A stretch of DNA of 64,000 bases, taken from the NCBI RefSeq assembly GCF_001194135.2, contig NC_068993.1:59696817-59760816 (forward strand). The letters run 5' to 3'. The number at the start of each line of letters is the position of its first letter. Within the stretch, counting starts at the first letter, position 1. This document shows, piece after piece, positions 1 through 11,702 of the stretch. Under the pieces are notes generated by a model, which ran no database searches, was not told the origin of the DNA, and worked only from the letters and a program-made list of their open reading frames with translations. The position numbers were made by a program, and so were the translations under genes. This DNA is from Octopus bimaculoides. Its lineage: Eukaryota.

Positions 1-71
<71 letters not shown>
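1..71. repeat. (CT)n microsatellite
   Basis: Pure CT dinucleotide run from base 1. Confidence 0.98.
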
Positions 72-75
<4 letters not shown>

Positions 76-760
76 ACATACACACGTATGTATACAAGAT
101 ATACAATTCTGCATTTTTAGTTTTTAGTATCATTAACATTGGTTAATAGTGGTGAAGTAATATTAACAATATAAAAACAAATTTCAAGAAAGTCACTTAG
201 AAAATAGTCAAACAACAACAACAACAGCAGCAGCAATAATAGTAAATAATATTTATAATACCAACAATTCGTTAATACCAAACATGACAAACAAACATTG
301 ATATAAGAAACAAAACAAGTCTTGAACGAAAGCAAACGAAGTCTTGAACGAAGCCCATAAGAAAAGAAGTTTAAAAATAAAACAAGCGGCCAGAAGAATA
401 AGTATAAAATATGTACGACACAAGTGTCTTGCGTTACCTGTAAATTACCTGTTAATTGTTTTTGGTACGTCATATTCATCATTGCTTATATACATATAGG
501 TAATTATTTCTTTTTTTTATTGTCTCCATCAATGGTCAGAAACAATGCAAGAAGGTTGATTGAATAACGGCCGCCTTCGTGAAATTGCCATAAAAACGCT
601 AATAACAAAACAAACGAGTTGTTAGTTTGTATTTCTCTGTGGAAACATTTGCTTAAGATGTCTGTATTTCTGTGTGTGTGGAATGAATATACCTCAACGA
701 CTGTTCCTATAGTCTAGGTGACTGAGTGCGTTTCACGAAAATTGACCAACATAAATTCAC

Positions 761-784
761 CGTAAAATCTTCATCTTCTGCCAT
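761..784 (-). CDS. Possible first coding exon (MAEDEDFT) of an unidentified gene; speculative
   Basis: Minus strand caagaATGGCA (A at -3, G at +4) encodes MAEDEDFT and is followed by ACG|GTGAAT, a donor-like site. It lies in non-repetitive sequence. No homology recognised. Confidence 0.2.
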
Positions 785-964
785 TCTTGATTTTTCGTTT
801 AGCGTTGCTGTTGTTGTTAATGTTGCAGTTTCGACTGTTGTTGTCAGTTGTTTGTAAATATAATGAAGGAAGTTAGTGGAGATGTCAGCTCTATTCAGAG
901 TCGTCCGTGTCGGTGCTGGCGTTGGCTTTGATGATGTTGTTAGGAGCTTCCAGTGCGTGTTCTA

Positions 965-1032
965 TTCTTCTTCTTCTTCTTCTTCTTCTTCTTCTTCTTC
1001 TTCTTCTTCTTCTTCTTCTTCTTCTTCTTCTT
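965..1032. repeat. (TTC)n microsatellite
   Basis: About 22 TTC units read directly. Confidence 0.97.
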
Positions 1033-1189
1033 TAGTTTTTTATTAATCTTTTTGTCCATTTCCGTTTGTCATGATTGTCTTATCTTGGAGCAGTTTTTTT
1101 TTTAAAGACGAGATTGTTATAAACATGGTAATAACAAAACAAAGACAGTGATAAAATACCGAAACAATTATACTGTATATGTACGTGTA

Positions 1190-1394
1190 TGTGTACACAC
1201 ACACNNNNNNNNNNNNNNNNNNNNNNNNNNNNNNNNNNNNNNNNNNNNNNNNNNNNNNNNNNNNNNNNNNNNNNNNNNNNNNNNNNNNNNNNNNNNNNNN
1301 NNNNNNNNNNNNNNNNNNNNNNNNNNNNNNNNNNNNNNNNNNNNNNNNNNNNNNNNNNNNNNNNNNNNNNNNNNNNNNNNNNNNNNNNNNNNNN

Positions 1395-1488
<94 letters not shown>

Positions 1489-1632
1489 GTTTATATATAT
1501 ATATGTAAGCATATATATATATGTGTGTGTGTATATATATATATATGTATGTAAAATACGCACGCGCACACAGTCATTCACGTACAAATACACGAACACG
1601 CACACACAACCAAACACACACACACACACACA
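1190..1632. repeat. Compound (CA)n/(TA)n/(TG)n microsatellite with assembly gap
   Basis: Dinucleotide runs flank the N gap at 1205-1394. This explains the CVCV/HTHT/YIYI ORFs. Confidence 0.95.
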
Positions 1633-1919
1633 CAAAACATAATCAGACAGAATATACACTCAAAATTGTTTCTAAGTACCGAAAAAACGAAAAGAGGAAA
1701 ACAACAGAAAAAATACACCAATAACCGCATTCCTTCGTTTTTTGTTCTCTGTTTATTATTTCTGGAACAGTTGTTGTTTATTTGTGTTGTTATCATTATT
1801 AATTATTATACACAAATCAAGTTAAACATTTTGAAATCATCATAGCAATCATTATCATTCACATAATTATTACATTTGTCACAGTTTTTGTCTCTTATTG
1901 TTAAATCATCAGAATGGAT

Positions 1920-2045
1920 AGAGTGAGAGTCAAAATATTTTGTGGTATTATTTAGTTCCACCCTTCTGCACTCAAATTTTGAATGTCACTGGGCTAAACT
2001 TTGCTTTCTATCCTTTCGTGGTCGATAAAATAAAATGAATACGTA
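1920..2045 (+). mobile_element. Degenerate SINE family B fragment
   Basis: aactttgctttctatcctttcgtggtcgataaaataa matches the family-B core seen in better copies (gactttgcctttcatcctttcggggtcgataaattaa). Confidence 0.5.
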
Positions 2046-3893
2046 TATTTAATATATCTGGTTCTGAAATATGCATTGTTATATCAACTAGTCATTGATC
2101 ATTCGAAACGGCAGTAAAAGAGACGAACTGATTACAGTATTCAAATTGTACGTTAAATTTCTGTATTAATACATTCAGTATGTCTATTATCATTTGACTG
2201 ATGTTTTAGTTCCATTCACGCTAGATTTTGATTGTTATTTTTTCTGGCATTTCCTCCTCGGGACAACCTACATCTGGTGAAGAAGCTGAAGTTTAAAATC
2301 TATACCATGCCCAAACTAGCATTCTATATATATACACACGCATATATATATATCAGAGTGAGTTAAAACAAAAGCTCAAATTAGGCAATCATTTTTTAGA
2401 TATACGCATACACAGTCATAAATTCAATTTAATATATATATATATATCTCCTTCATTGTTTGAGTTGCATCTTGGTGGTTCTTCTCCAAATTATTAATAT
2501 ATTTTTCATTATATAATTCAATTTGATATTAAATTGAATATCCTTGCAAGTTCGGATTTTGACATTTCCTAACATTATAATATTTCTATATATATATTCA
2601 TACATATCAACGTATGAATATTTTTTTAAAATATAAATATATATAAATGTATATAAATGTATAAATGTAAATATAAACAGAGCCTACGTGGGATGTATAT
2701 GGAAAAAAGTGAGGAAAAGAGAACTAGTAAAAATCCTTTTTCAATTCTAAAATTAAAAGCGGTTAAGACTGTCTAAAAATTTCCAATTACTAAATCCATA
2801 AAGTTCAATCCGTTTTTCTTTAAAAATATAACCAGTATATATACAGTCAGAGGAAAATCACTTTCTACGGCCGTTTTCAGTGTTCATGTCTTTGTAGAAA
2901 AATTAAGNNNNNNNNNNNNNNNNNNNNNNNNNNNNNNNNNNNNNNNNNNNNNNNNNNNNNNNNNNNNNNNNNNNNNNNNNNNNNNNNNNNNNNNNNNNNN
3001 NNNNNNNNNNNNNNNNNNNNNNNNNNNNNNNNNNNNNNNNNNNNNNNNNNNNNNNNNNNNNNNNNNNNNNNNNNNNNNNNNNNNNNNNNNNNNNNNNNNN
3101 NNNNNNNNNNNNNNNNNNNNNNNNNNNATATATATATACACACAGGCATATGTGTGTGTGTGTGTGTGTGTGTTATATCAACAATTAAGTAGTGACTTAT
3201 TTAACGCGGCATAAGTGGACGAGTAATTTCTTTTGATAACACTGAAATGTAAATAAGATGCCAATTGTTTCAGGTCATTACATGTACACCATTGGTCAAT
3301 CGTAGTTTAAGCAATACTGTCAAAATCATTAAAAATACGACTGAATAATTGCGAATATGCTCACATAAACCATTGATATCATATGAACAGCGATTTATGA
3401 TAAAAGTAGTCATATTCGCACATGCGCAGAGGCACGCTTTCGGCGTTCTATTTTTCATCAAAGCATATCCTTATGGCTGTTGCACAGTTTATCAAACATA
3501 AAAACAAAAACAAGAGAAAAGTTGTATTCTTAAAGAATATTACTGCAGTCTTCAGATTCAGAGCCCCTAATTTAGTCCCTACCACGTTGTTTCCCTATAT
3601 TGGATTAGTTACGAACACACAACATCTCAGTTATGATTCAGAAATTCATTCCGTTAATAAAGTCATCCATTACATGTAAGATTAAAAGATTTAAATTCTG
3701 GAGAGATACATTTCCGTTCGCCAAACACAGTATATATTCATCAGACAAAGAAGCTGATAACCGAAGCTGGATAGATTTTATTTTATCTGCAAAGTTCTGC
3801 AGAAGAAAAGAATGAAATATCTCGTTACTCTACACTATTGTTGCTGTCTTATCTCACAAGAGCAATCCTCAAACTCAGTACGGTTGATATTAC

Positions 3894-3894
<1 letters not shown>

Positions 3895-3945
<51 letters not shown>
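3895..3945. repeat. (TCTG)n microsatellite
   Basis: Direct tetranucleotide run. Confidence 0.95.
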
Positions 3946-3947
<2 letters not shown>

Positions 3948-4227
3948 CTTCATCTTTTCTCTCTCACTTTCTCTCCTTCACTCAGTTTACTCTCACACAT
4001 ACACACATAAATACGCAGATATGTATGTCTCCCTATCTCCCCGCCTCTCAAGAGACATACAGAGATGCAAAACAGAGATAAAATGAAATTATCGGTTAAT
4101 TTATTAATAAGCTAGGATTGTTCAAAGAATATGTTTATATATTTTTATATACCAAATGTGTACACATATATAGAAGGATAATATTTGACAATAACACACA
4201 CACACACATACACATACGTAAAATACA

Positions 4228-4258
<31 letters not shown>

Positions 4259-4494
4259 ATGCAATATATATGTATGCGTATATTTGTATATTTGTACATA
4301 CTAACTAAATGTATAACGACAAAAGGTAGATTTGTTTCTGCTAAATGTAAATACTGTATATAGGCAAAATGCATTTATTTATATTTCCTAATTGCGTGTA
4401 TAAGGACCAAGTATATGTTTGTATCCGTTAGATATAAATTTGTGTAAAGAGGAAAAAAGAAACATTTTTCTACATAAATGAATGTTTTTTATTT

Positions 4495-5066
4495 ATTGAA
4501 TTATTGTGGAGGAAAGGGCAGAGTCCATGGCTTTATAGTAGGTCCTTCGAGATTGGTGAGAACGGCGTGCTTGACGTTCCAGCGGCATCAACAGGATTAA
4601 TACAAGCCGAGGGCGTATGAAAAAGAGAAAACATGTTCAGGGAGGCATTTCAAAAGAGATGACGGTCTGGGAAGGAAGGAATAACTGTAGTCGTAGGTTT
4701 TGGGCCTAAGGTAGTAATGGTGAGGAGAAGAGAGTATAAGTGTGGAGGAGAGCAATGACTGGAGTATCTTTAAGAGGTGACTCGGGAGTTGCTCACTCCT
4801 GGGAACAAACACTAAATGCCGAAGAGTTAGAGAGTGGAGACAGCACGTCTGTAGATTAAGTGCTGAGATAGTGTTGGTTAGCAACTTCTTGCCAGTCAGT
4901 CTTATGTTGCTGTCTTGGATGTCTGTGTAGATGCAGAAGCAGATTTGGGACAGTATCTCATTACGAGTCTTATAGCTCTTTGTGCTTAGTTAGAAGTAGT
5001 TAATGGCTCGAGTATTTTCTGGCACTAAAAAGGAAGCTAGTCTTTGCGATGTCGTCTTTGTTTTGT
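4495..5066 (-). mobile_element. CR1/L2(Jockey-group)-type LINE, 5'-truncated degraded 3' end
   Basis: Joining minus-strand frames gives KTTSQRL..FLFSARKY...LLL...IRLVMRYC...IRLTGKKLLTNTISAL...SFLPRPSSLLKCLPEHVFSFSYALGL. This follows the usual CR1/L2 post-RT pattern (KLGFLFRARKYF..LLTLYK.QIRP.MEYCSH.W ... FIPRTS.LWNSLP..VFP.SYNL..FK). Multiple stops and frameshifts. Confidence 0.7.
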
Positions 5067-5372
5067 TGGAGGCGTGTTTGGCATCGTCTTGGATTTTGAA
5101 GCATTTCTCACGCAGGAAGTTGTCGAGATGCTTGAAAAAGTGGTAGTCGGTAGGCGAGAGGTCTGGTGAGTATGGCGGATGAGGCAGAGTTTCATAGACC
5201 AATTCGTTCAACTTCTGTAGGGTCAGTTGTGCGATGTGCAGCCGAGCGTTGTCGTGGAGAAGAACTGGTCCTTTTCTATTGACCAATGCTGGCTGTTGTT
5301 GTCGGAGTTTCATATGCATTTCATCCATTTGCTGACAGTACTTCTCCATCTGGTTTTGGTATGTTTCGTAGA
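5067..5372 (-). mobile_element. Mariner (DD34D) transposase fragment, Hsmar1/cecropia-like
   Basis: ORF 4990-5349 reads KYCQQMDEMHMKLRQQQPALVNRKGPVLLHDNARLHIAQLTLQKLNELVYETLPHPPYSPDLSPTDYHFFKHLDNFLREK. It has the HDNARxH and YSPDL(S)PxD mariner motifs. No TIRs seen. Confidence 0.92.
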
Positions 5373-5375
5373 GCT

Positions 5376-5582
5376 AACGACGGAACCTCTACTTCATCGC
5401 TCGACCTGATAGAAATAGCAACACAATCTCCCTCAGCTCACGTACGATCGTCCTAGAAAAGGGCGTCTTACACAATGTGGTCAGAGTATCCCGTAGACAA
5501 GAAAAAAAGGGGTGGTCACGGATGGAGTATCTCTGACCGTATGTCAGCTCGATGAAGGCTGAGTTGGAGCTAACTACAACCT
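5376..5582 (+). mobile_element. Interspersed repeat family H (SINE-like 3' half)
   Basis: gacggaacctctac..tcgctcgacctgatagaaatagcaac recurs at about 44030-44175 (-), 51110-51260 (+) and weakly 15745-15800 (-). Ends in a gctaactacaac-type tail. Confidence 0.55.
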
Positions 5583-5603
5583 CTACTTCTATATTGTCCC
5601 ATC

Positions 5604-6118
5604 ATGAGAACCACTCAAGTACTAACTCCTGCCACCACAACCATCGCCACAACCTCCTCCATCACTACCACCACTACCATCACCATCAACATCTTTATTA
5701 AATGCTGTCACTCACCACATCCAGTCTCACTCCAGCACCATCACCGCCACAACCACCTCCTTCACTTCATCAAACCACCACCACCACCACCACCATCTCT
5801 ACCACCATCCTCACCACCATCTTCACCACCACCACCACCACCACCGCTATCTCCACCACCGTCTCCACCACCGTCTCCACCACCGTCTCCACCACCGTCT
5901 CCACCACCACTACTACCACTACCGCCCCCACCCCCATCACAGTCACATCTACAACTAAAGCCCCCATTCCACCCTAACCCTAACCACGATCCCACCCACA
6001 CCAGTAGTCACATAAACCAACACTGTCGCCACCACCACAACCTCCACCACCACCGCCACCACACCCACGATCACCGCCTCCATCCCTAGCACTACCATCG
6101 AATCCTACCCCCACCACC
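5604..6118. repeat. Degenerate (ACC)n low-complexity tract
   Basis: CCA/ACC-rich; gives spurious poly-Pro/Thr/His/Gly ORFs. Confidence 0.9.
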
Positions 6119-6279
6119 CAATCATTTTCTTGCATTATTAAACAGAATGTATTTTCTAATTACTTCAGCCGCGTCATACCAAATATTTCAATTCCTCTCA
6201 CACTCAACTTTATAGCCTCACTCAATCACACTCGCTTTCTCTGTCTGTCTGTCTCAGTGATTCTCCCTACCTCCCACCG

Positions 6280-6366
<87 letters not shown>

Positions 6367-6406
6367 NNNNNNNNNNCTCTGTCTCTCTCTGTCTCTCCCT
6401 CTCCCT

Positions 6407-6450
<44 letters not shown>

Positions 6451-6452
6451 AA
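6280..6452. repeat. (TCTA)n/(CT)n compound microsatellite
   Basis: Direct, with a 10-N gap inside. Confidence 0.95.
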
Positions 6453-6789
6453 TACATCTCTCTTCAACTGTATTCCATAAGCACACACACACATACAATA
6501 TGTAAGGAAGCTCCGACGCGATCCATCGAACGGCTAGAAATTGTCGCTCAATCACATATCTTGGATTACGATTGATCAAGTACAATTCAATAAAAATGCC
6601 TGCAAACACACATACAAACAAGGAATACCCGCACACATACACACACATTCACACCTACACATAGACTCACAGTCACACTTACACAAACTTAACCCCACGA
6701 ACACACACATACTCTCATACGCAGACATACACTCATACATATACAGACATGCCCACTCAAACACACACACACATATACATACACAAATA

Positions 6790-7111
6790 GGCGTAGGAGT
6801 GGCTGTGTGGTAAGTAGCTTGCTTACCAACCATATGGTTCCGGGTTCAGTCCCACTGCGTGGCACCTTGGGCAAATGTCTTCTACTGTAGCCTCGGGCCG
6901 ATCAAAGCCTTGTGAGTGGATTTGGTAGACGGAAACTGAAAGAAGCCCGTCGTATATATGTGTATATATACACATATATNNNNNNNNNNNNNNNNNNNNN
7001 NNNNNNNNNNNNNNNNNNNNNNNNNNNNNNNNNNNNNNNNNNNNNNNNNNNNNNNNNNNNNNNNNNNNNNNNNNNNNNNNNNNNNNNNNNNNNNNNNNNN
7101 NNTATATATAC

Positions 7112-7161
<50 letters not shown>

Positions 7162-7374
7162 TTGTGTGTCTGTGTTTGTCCCCTAACATCGCTTGGTGTG
7201 TTTACGATGCTGGTGTGTCTACGTCCCCGTAACTTTGCGGTTCGGCAAAAGAGACCAGTAGAATAAGTACTAGGCTTACAAAGAATAAGTCCTGGTCGTC
7301 GATTTGCTTGTTTAAAGGCGGCGCTCCAGCATGGCCACAGTCAAATGACTGAAACAGGTAAAAGAGTAAAAGAG
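6790..7374 (+). mobile_element. tRNA-derived SINE family A, near full length, with internal (TA)n(TG)n
   Basis: Head ggcgtaggagtggctgtgtggtaag (A-box-like) and ccgggttcagtccc (B-box-like); body ggcaccttgggcaa..gaaagaagcccgtcg; 3' ctccagcatggccacagtcaaatgactgaaac plus (taaaagag)n tail. The same sequence recurs at least 6 times in the window. Confidence 0.9.
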
Positions 7375-7514
7375 AAATACATGCACGAATACACAAAGAT
7401 ATGCATGCGCAAACACACACTTGAACATACGTGGAAATGCACACGCACACACATACATGGATACACTACAATTTTTATAAACACTTCCACAGGCAGACTT
7501 ATACACAGTAACAG

Positions 7515-7790
7515 GTGAACGCAGAAGAAGTGAACCAGGAAGCGAACTTCTCAGCACACAGCAGCATCATGGGAAGTTCATTGCCTTGGTCGATCTGCAT
7601 GGCATAAGAAGTGTCTCATGATGCATCGAAAAGAATTCCAATAGAAGAAACAGAAAAACGTAAAAGCATCATATCCTGCAATCAACAGATACATTTGTCC
7701 AATCCTGGCAAAATCAAAATCCTCAATGTTCCCAGAGTGACTTCATAGCAAAATCCATTCCTGGACTCAAATTACATTCACGCAGACATG
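7515..7790 (+). mobile_element. Possible RTE-clade LINE C-terminal remnant
   Basis: Frames give SWEVHCLGRSAWHK..., YICPI.. and GLKLHSRRH, resembling the RTE tail (WE..A.DRS.WR ... FIC..C.R.C.S.IGL.SH.R). Heavily degraded. Confidence 0.4.
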
Positions 7791-8585
7791 CCAAATAGAT
7801 GTAGCTTCTTTTATTTATTTTCAAAGTTGTTTTTTCGTTGTTTCACATTGTTTTCTTTCTCTCTGTCTCATTTTTCTCAAACATTCATCCGTCGAAATCA
7901 AACGGGAGTGGCCATCATATATACATTCGTCCATACGGCCAATCATACGAGTAAGATATACCTACATGGAGTTTGGATGAAAATAGGTAACAGCTTGTGT
8001 TGTGGTTCATGTGTGTGATATATGCTGTGTAAATCTCAGAGTTTTATATGTCGTGTAAGTCAAATAAAGAATTCGTAACAACACACCACCACCACCACCA
8101 CAACCACCTCCACCACTAGTAGTAGCTGTTGTTGAAAATATTGAGTGTCATTGCCCTTACAGCTATTATCATTCATGCTGTATGTATTCTTAAATGACAG
8201 AAATTTTAAATATTTGAAAATTCTTTGTATTTAACATATCAAAATGCAAAAATATATTCACTCATTCTTTACATAAATGCACGTTCGCATACACAACGAT
8301 GCATATATAGATATGCATATGTATGCATACGCATTTGCGTATATATAAATATGTGTGTGTATATAGACACAGATATATAGATATATAATTGCAAACCGCA
8401 CACACATTTATATGCATATAAATATATATATACATACATATGTATATATGTATACACACATACACACATATATATATATGTATATATACACATATATATA
8501 CGTATATATACACACATATTGTATATAAAAAGTAAAAAGTATATATATATATAAGAATGTATATCTACATATATATATATATATG

Positions 8586-8622
<37 letters not shown>

Positions 8623-9315
8623 GTATATATACATGTATTTTCAATATATATGTATATATNNNNNNNNNNNNNNNNNNNNNNNNNNNNNNNNNNNNNNNNN
8701 NNNNNNNNNNNNNNNNNNNNNNNNNNNNNNNNNNNNNNNNNNNNNNNNNNNNNNNNNNNNNNNNNNNNNNNNNNNNNNNNNNNNNNNNNNNNNNNNNNNN
8801 NNNNNNNNNNNNNNNNNNNNNNNNNNNNNNNNNNNNNNNNNNNNNNNNNNNNNNNNNNNNNNNNNNNNNTACATATATATATATATATGCTTGCATAGTG
8901 TATGATAATGTCTGTGGTTGTTTATTATTTATGATTTGTCATGTATATAATACGTGATATATGTATATGCCTGCGTTTGTATGTGGATGTTTGTGCGGTT
9001 GTGCGTGTGTGTAAGGACATTCATAAAATTTTTAAATGCGAAATGAAACAATAATGACTGATCACCCACTCACCCACTCACTGACTAACTCACTCACGCA
9101 TACGCAAACGCGCACATAAACACATTCATACACACACGCGCACGTACACTTGCTCACGCTCGCACGCACACACGCACACATAAACACGTGCGTGAGTGCG
9201 TCCACTTGATATATATATATGTTTGGAACAGTATTGTACTATGTAATACGGTGTACTCGTCTATACATACATATATAATATTCATGTATGTATATGCATG
9301 AATACACGCACACAC

Positions 9316-9361
<46 letters not shown>

Positions 9362-10214
9362 NNNNNNNNNNNNNNNNNNNNNNNNNNNNNNNNNNNNNNN
9401 NNNNNNNNNNNNNNNNNNNNNNNNNNNNNNNNNNNNNNNNNNNNNNNNNNNNNNNNNNNNNNNNNNNNNNNNNNNNNNNNNNNNNNNNNNNNNNNNNNNN
9501 NNNNNNNNNNNNNNNNNNNNNNNNNNNNNNNNNNNNNNNNNNNNNNNNNNNNNNNNNNNNNNNNNNNNNNNNNNNNNNNNNNNNNNNNNNNNNNNNNNNN
9601 NNNNNNNNNNNNNNNNNNNNNNNNNNNNNNNNNNNNNNNNNNNNNNNNNNNNNNNNNNNNNNNNNNNNNNNNNNNNNNNNNNNNNNNNNNNNNNNNNNNN
9701 NNNNNNNNNNNNNNNNNNNNNNNNNNNNNNNNNNNNNNNNNNNNNNNNNNNNNNNNNNNNNNNNNNNNNNNNNNNNNNNNNNNATATATATATATATATA
9801 ATCACACTCACATTTAACTCAGATTTGAGTGAACAAATCTAGTCTGAATGGGTGAACATAGGCAACAAGTTGTGCCATAAAAGAGCTGTCTAAGTCCTAT
9901 TAGGATGAATATCCAAATTTCCTATAATATAGATGACAAATGTCAACAGCATTGTATAGTTTCGGAAAGAATGCCTCACTTTGTATCAGGATTAAAAATA
10001 TAACGCGGCGAAACTCTGCGATATGACCTTGGATGCCTAATTTCAATTCTTTCAAAAAAATTTCTGTTTAGTATTCTTTTGAACATTTAGCTGTGTTTAA
10101 AAAGGTCAAGATTTTCACAGTTTGATTCATGTGAAAATCCATTCTTATGATCGTGATAGTTGTGTGCGGCTGATGTGCAGTAAACTTACCACCATATATC
10201 AAATAATTGTATCA

Positions 10215-10414
10215 AAGTTTGGCCCAATACCAGTAATTTTAAGTGGGACTGTGTAAGTTGATTACATCGACCTTAATGCTGATCAGGCACTTTAGTCTAT
10301 GGATCGCGAAAAGATAAAAGAAAGAGTTGCTCATGGTGTAATTTGAACTGGGAACGTAATGCTTCGGACGAAAGCTTTATCTCTGGTATACGAACGATTC
10401 TGCCATCTCTCCGC
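10215..10414 (-). mobile_element. SINE family B, degenerate copy
   Basis: gattacatcgacc, aatttgaactgggaacgta and aacgattctgccatctc match the reverse complement of family B. Confidence 0.7.
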
Positions 10415-10539
10415 TTTCCACACAACAAATAATAAGATAGCCGATTTTCGTGGCAACAGTTTACATAAGAGCTAATGAGCTTGTGGCGTGTGAGCTAAAA
10501 GAAAAACAAGGGATTATAAGTATGCCGTTCGTTCAATCG

Positions 10540-10812
10540 AACAACCGTTCGGTAGTTTGTCCCTCATCAGTATTAGAAGTTGGAACAACTGGTCGTATGC
10601 ACAACGTCTATAAAAAGATATTGACTCACAGAGGTAGCTACAGGTTTGTTCCATAAAAGAATAATATTTAGACGTTAATACATTTGTTGGAATGCTTCTA
10701 ACATAAAGGTTGGGGCATTCTAACACTGCATTTATTAACCATCGGCATTTTTAGCATGATTTCCAAGATGTACCTAATTCTTTTTTTAAGAAAAGAAACT
10801 TTTGATGTATTA
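10540..10812 (-). mobile_element. Probable Penelope-like element 3' remnant with degenerate hammerhead core
   Basis: Minus frame LINTSKVSFLKKRIRYILEIMLKMPMVNK resembles the GIY-YIG C-terminal helix (R.I.E.L.I...P.LN). About 170 bp downstream is CTGATGA-GGG-acaaacta-CC-GAAC (TCATCAG at 10564-10570). Confidence 0.4.
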
Positions 10813-10822
10813 ATTAAACAAA

Positions 10823-10823
<1 letters not shown>

Positions 10824-10853
<30 letters not shown>

Positions 10854-10933
10854 GTGAAAGCACGTTATAACAATAAAACTACCGAATAATAATAATAATA
10901 ATAACAATAATAATAATAACAATAATAATAATA

Positions 10934-10984
<51 letters not shown>
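10824..10984. repeat. (AAT)n microsatellite, interrupted
   Basis: Direct. Confidence 0.95.
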
Positions 10985-11546
10985 GTTTTAGGGATGGAAT
11001 ATCGAACAATGAGGTAGAATCAAATCGTTGCGCAAAGCTCCAGTAATAATTAGTCTAATTAGTTAGACATGTCTAATTAAGTGCATGTAACTAATTTACG
11101 AAAGTGTGAATTACATTGTTATATTATGTAATTAATGAGAGAAAGTAATGGAAAGTTGTGTTGTAAAACAGGCTCTGCCTGCACTAAATTTCCATTGTTT
11201 TGTATCAAGCTACAAATAAATATACATAGAGAGAAGCGTGCACGCATAAAACAAGCTCTGATCGTTCTAACTTTCTATTGTTATGTACCTATATGCAGAA
11301 ATACACACAGGAGTACATGTATGCATACAAATATATACACACATGCATGTACATAGATGCAAAGAGATATACTTACACAAACAAATGCATATAGTATTAT
11401 ATAATCTATATCATTATGCGAACATAATATATATTATGTCAATATATATATAAATCATATGTGTATCTTTAACACTCCCTACGTACAAACACACACACGT
11501 ATATATATATGCATGCATGCTTGTATCTTTATTTTCTGTCTCTGTC

Positions 11547-11598
<52 letters not shown>

Positions 11599-11659
11599 GT
11601 TATTTTTTATTAAACATAACTAGTCCTAGAACTTTTTGATACCACTTTGACTTTGTATG

Positions 11660-11699
<40 letters not shown>

Positions 11700-11702
11700 A
11701 AT

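Noticed and set aside
5972-5985. CCCTAACCCTAACC, telomere-like
   Set aside because: Only about two units inside a C/A-rich tract; expected by chance.
5604-6089. Proline-rich extensin/formin-like ORF, and the Gly-rich antisense ORF
   Set aside because: A degenerate (ACC)n tract is open in several frames on both strands; no splice or domain context.
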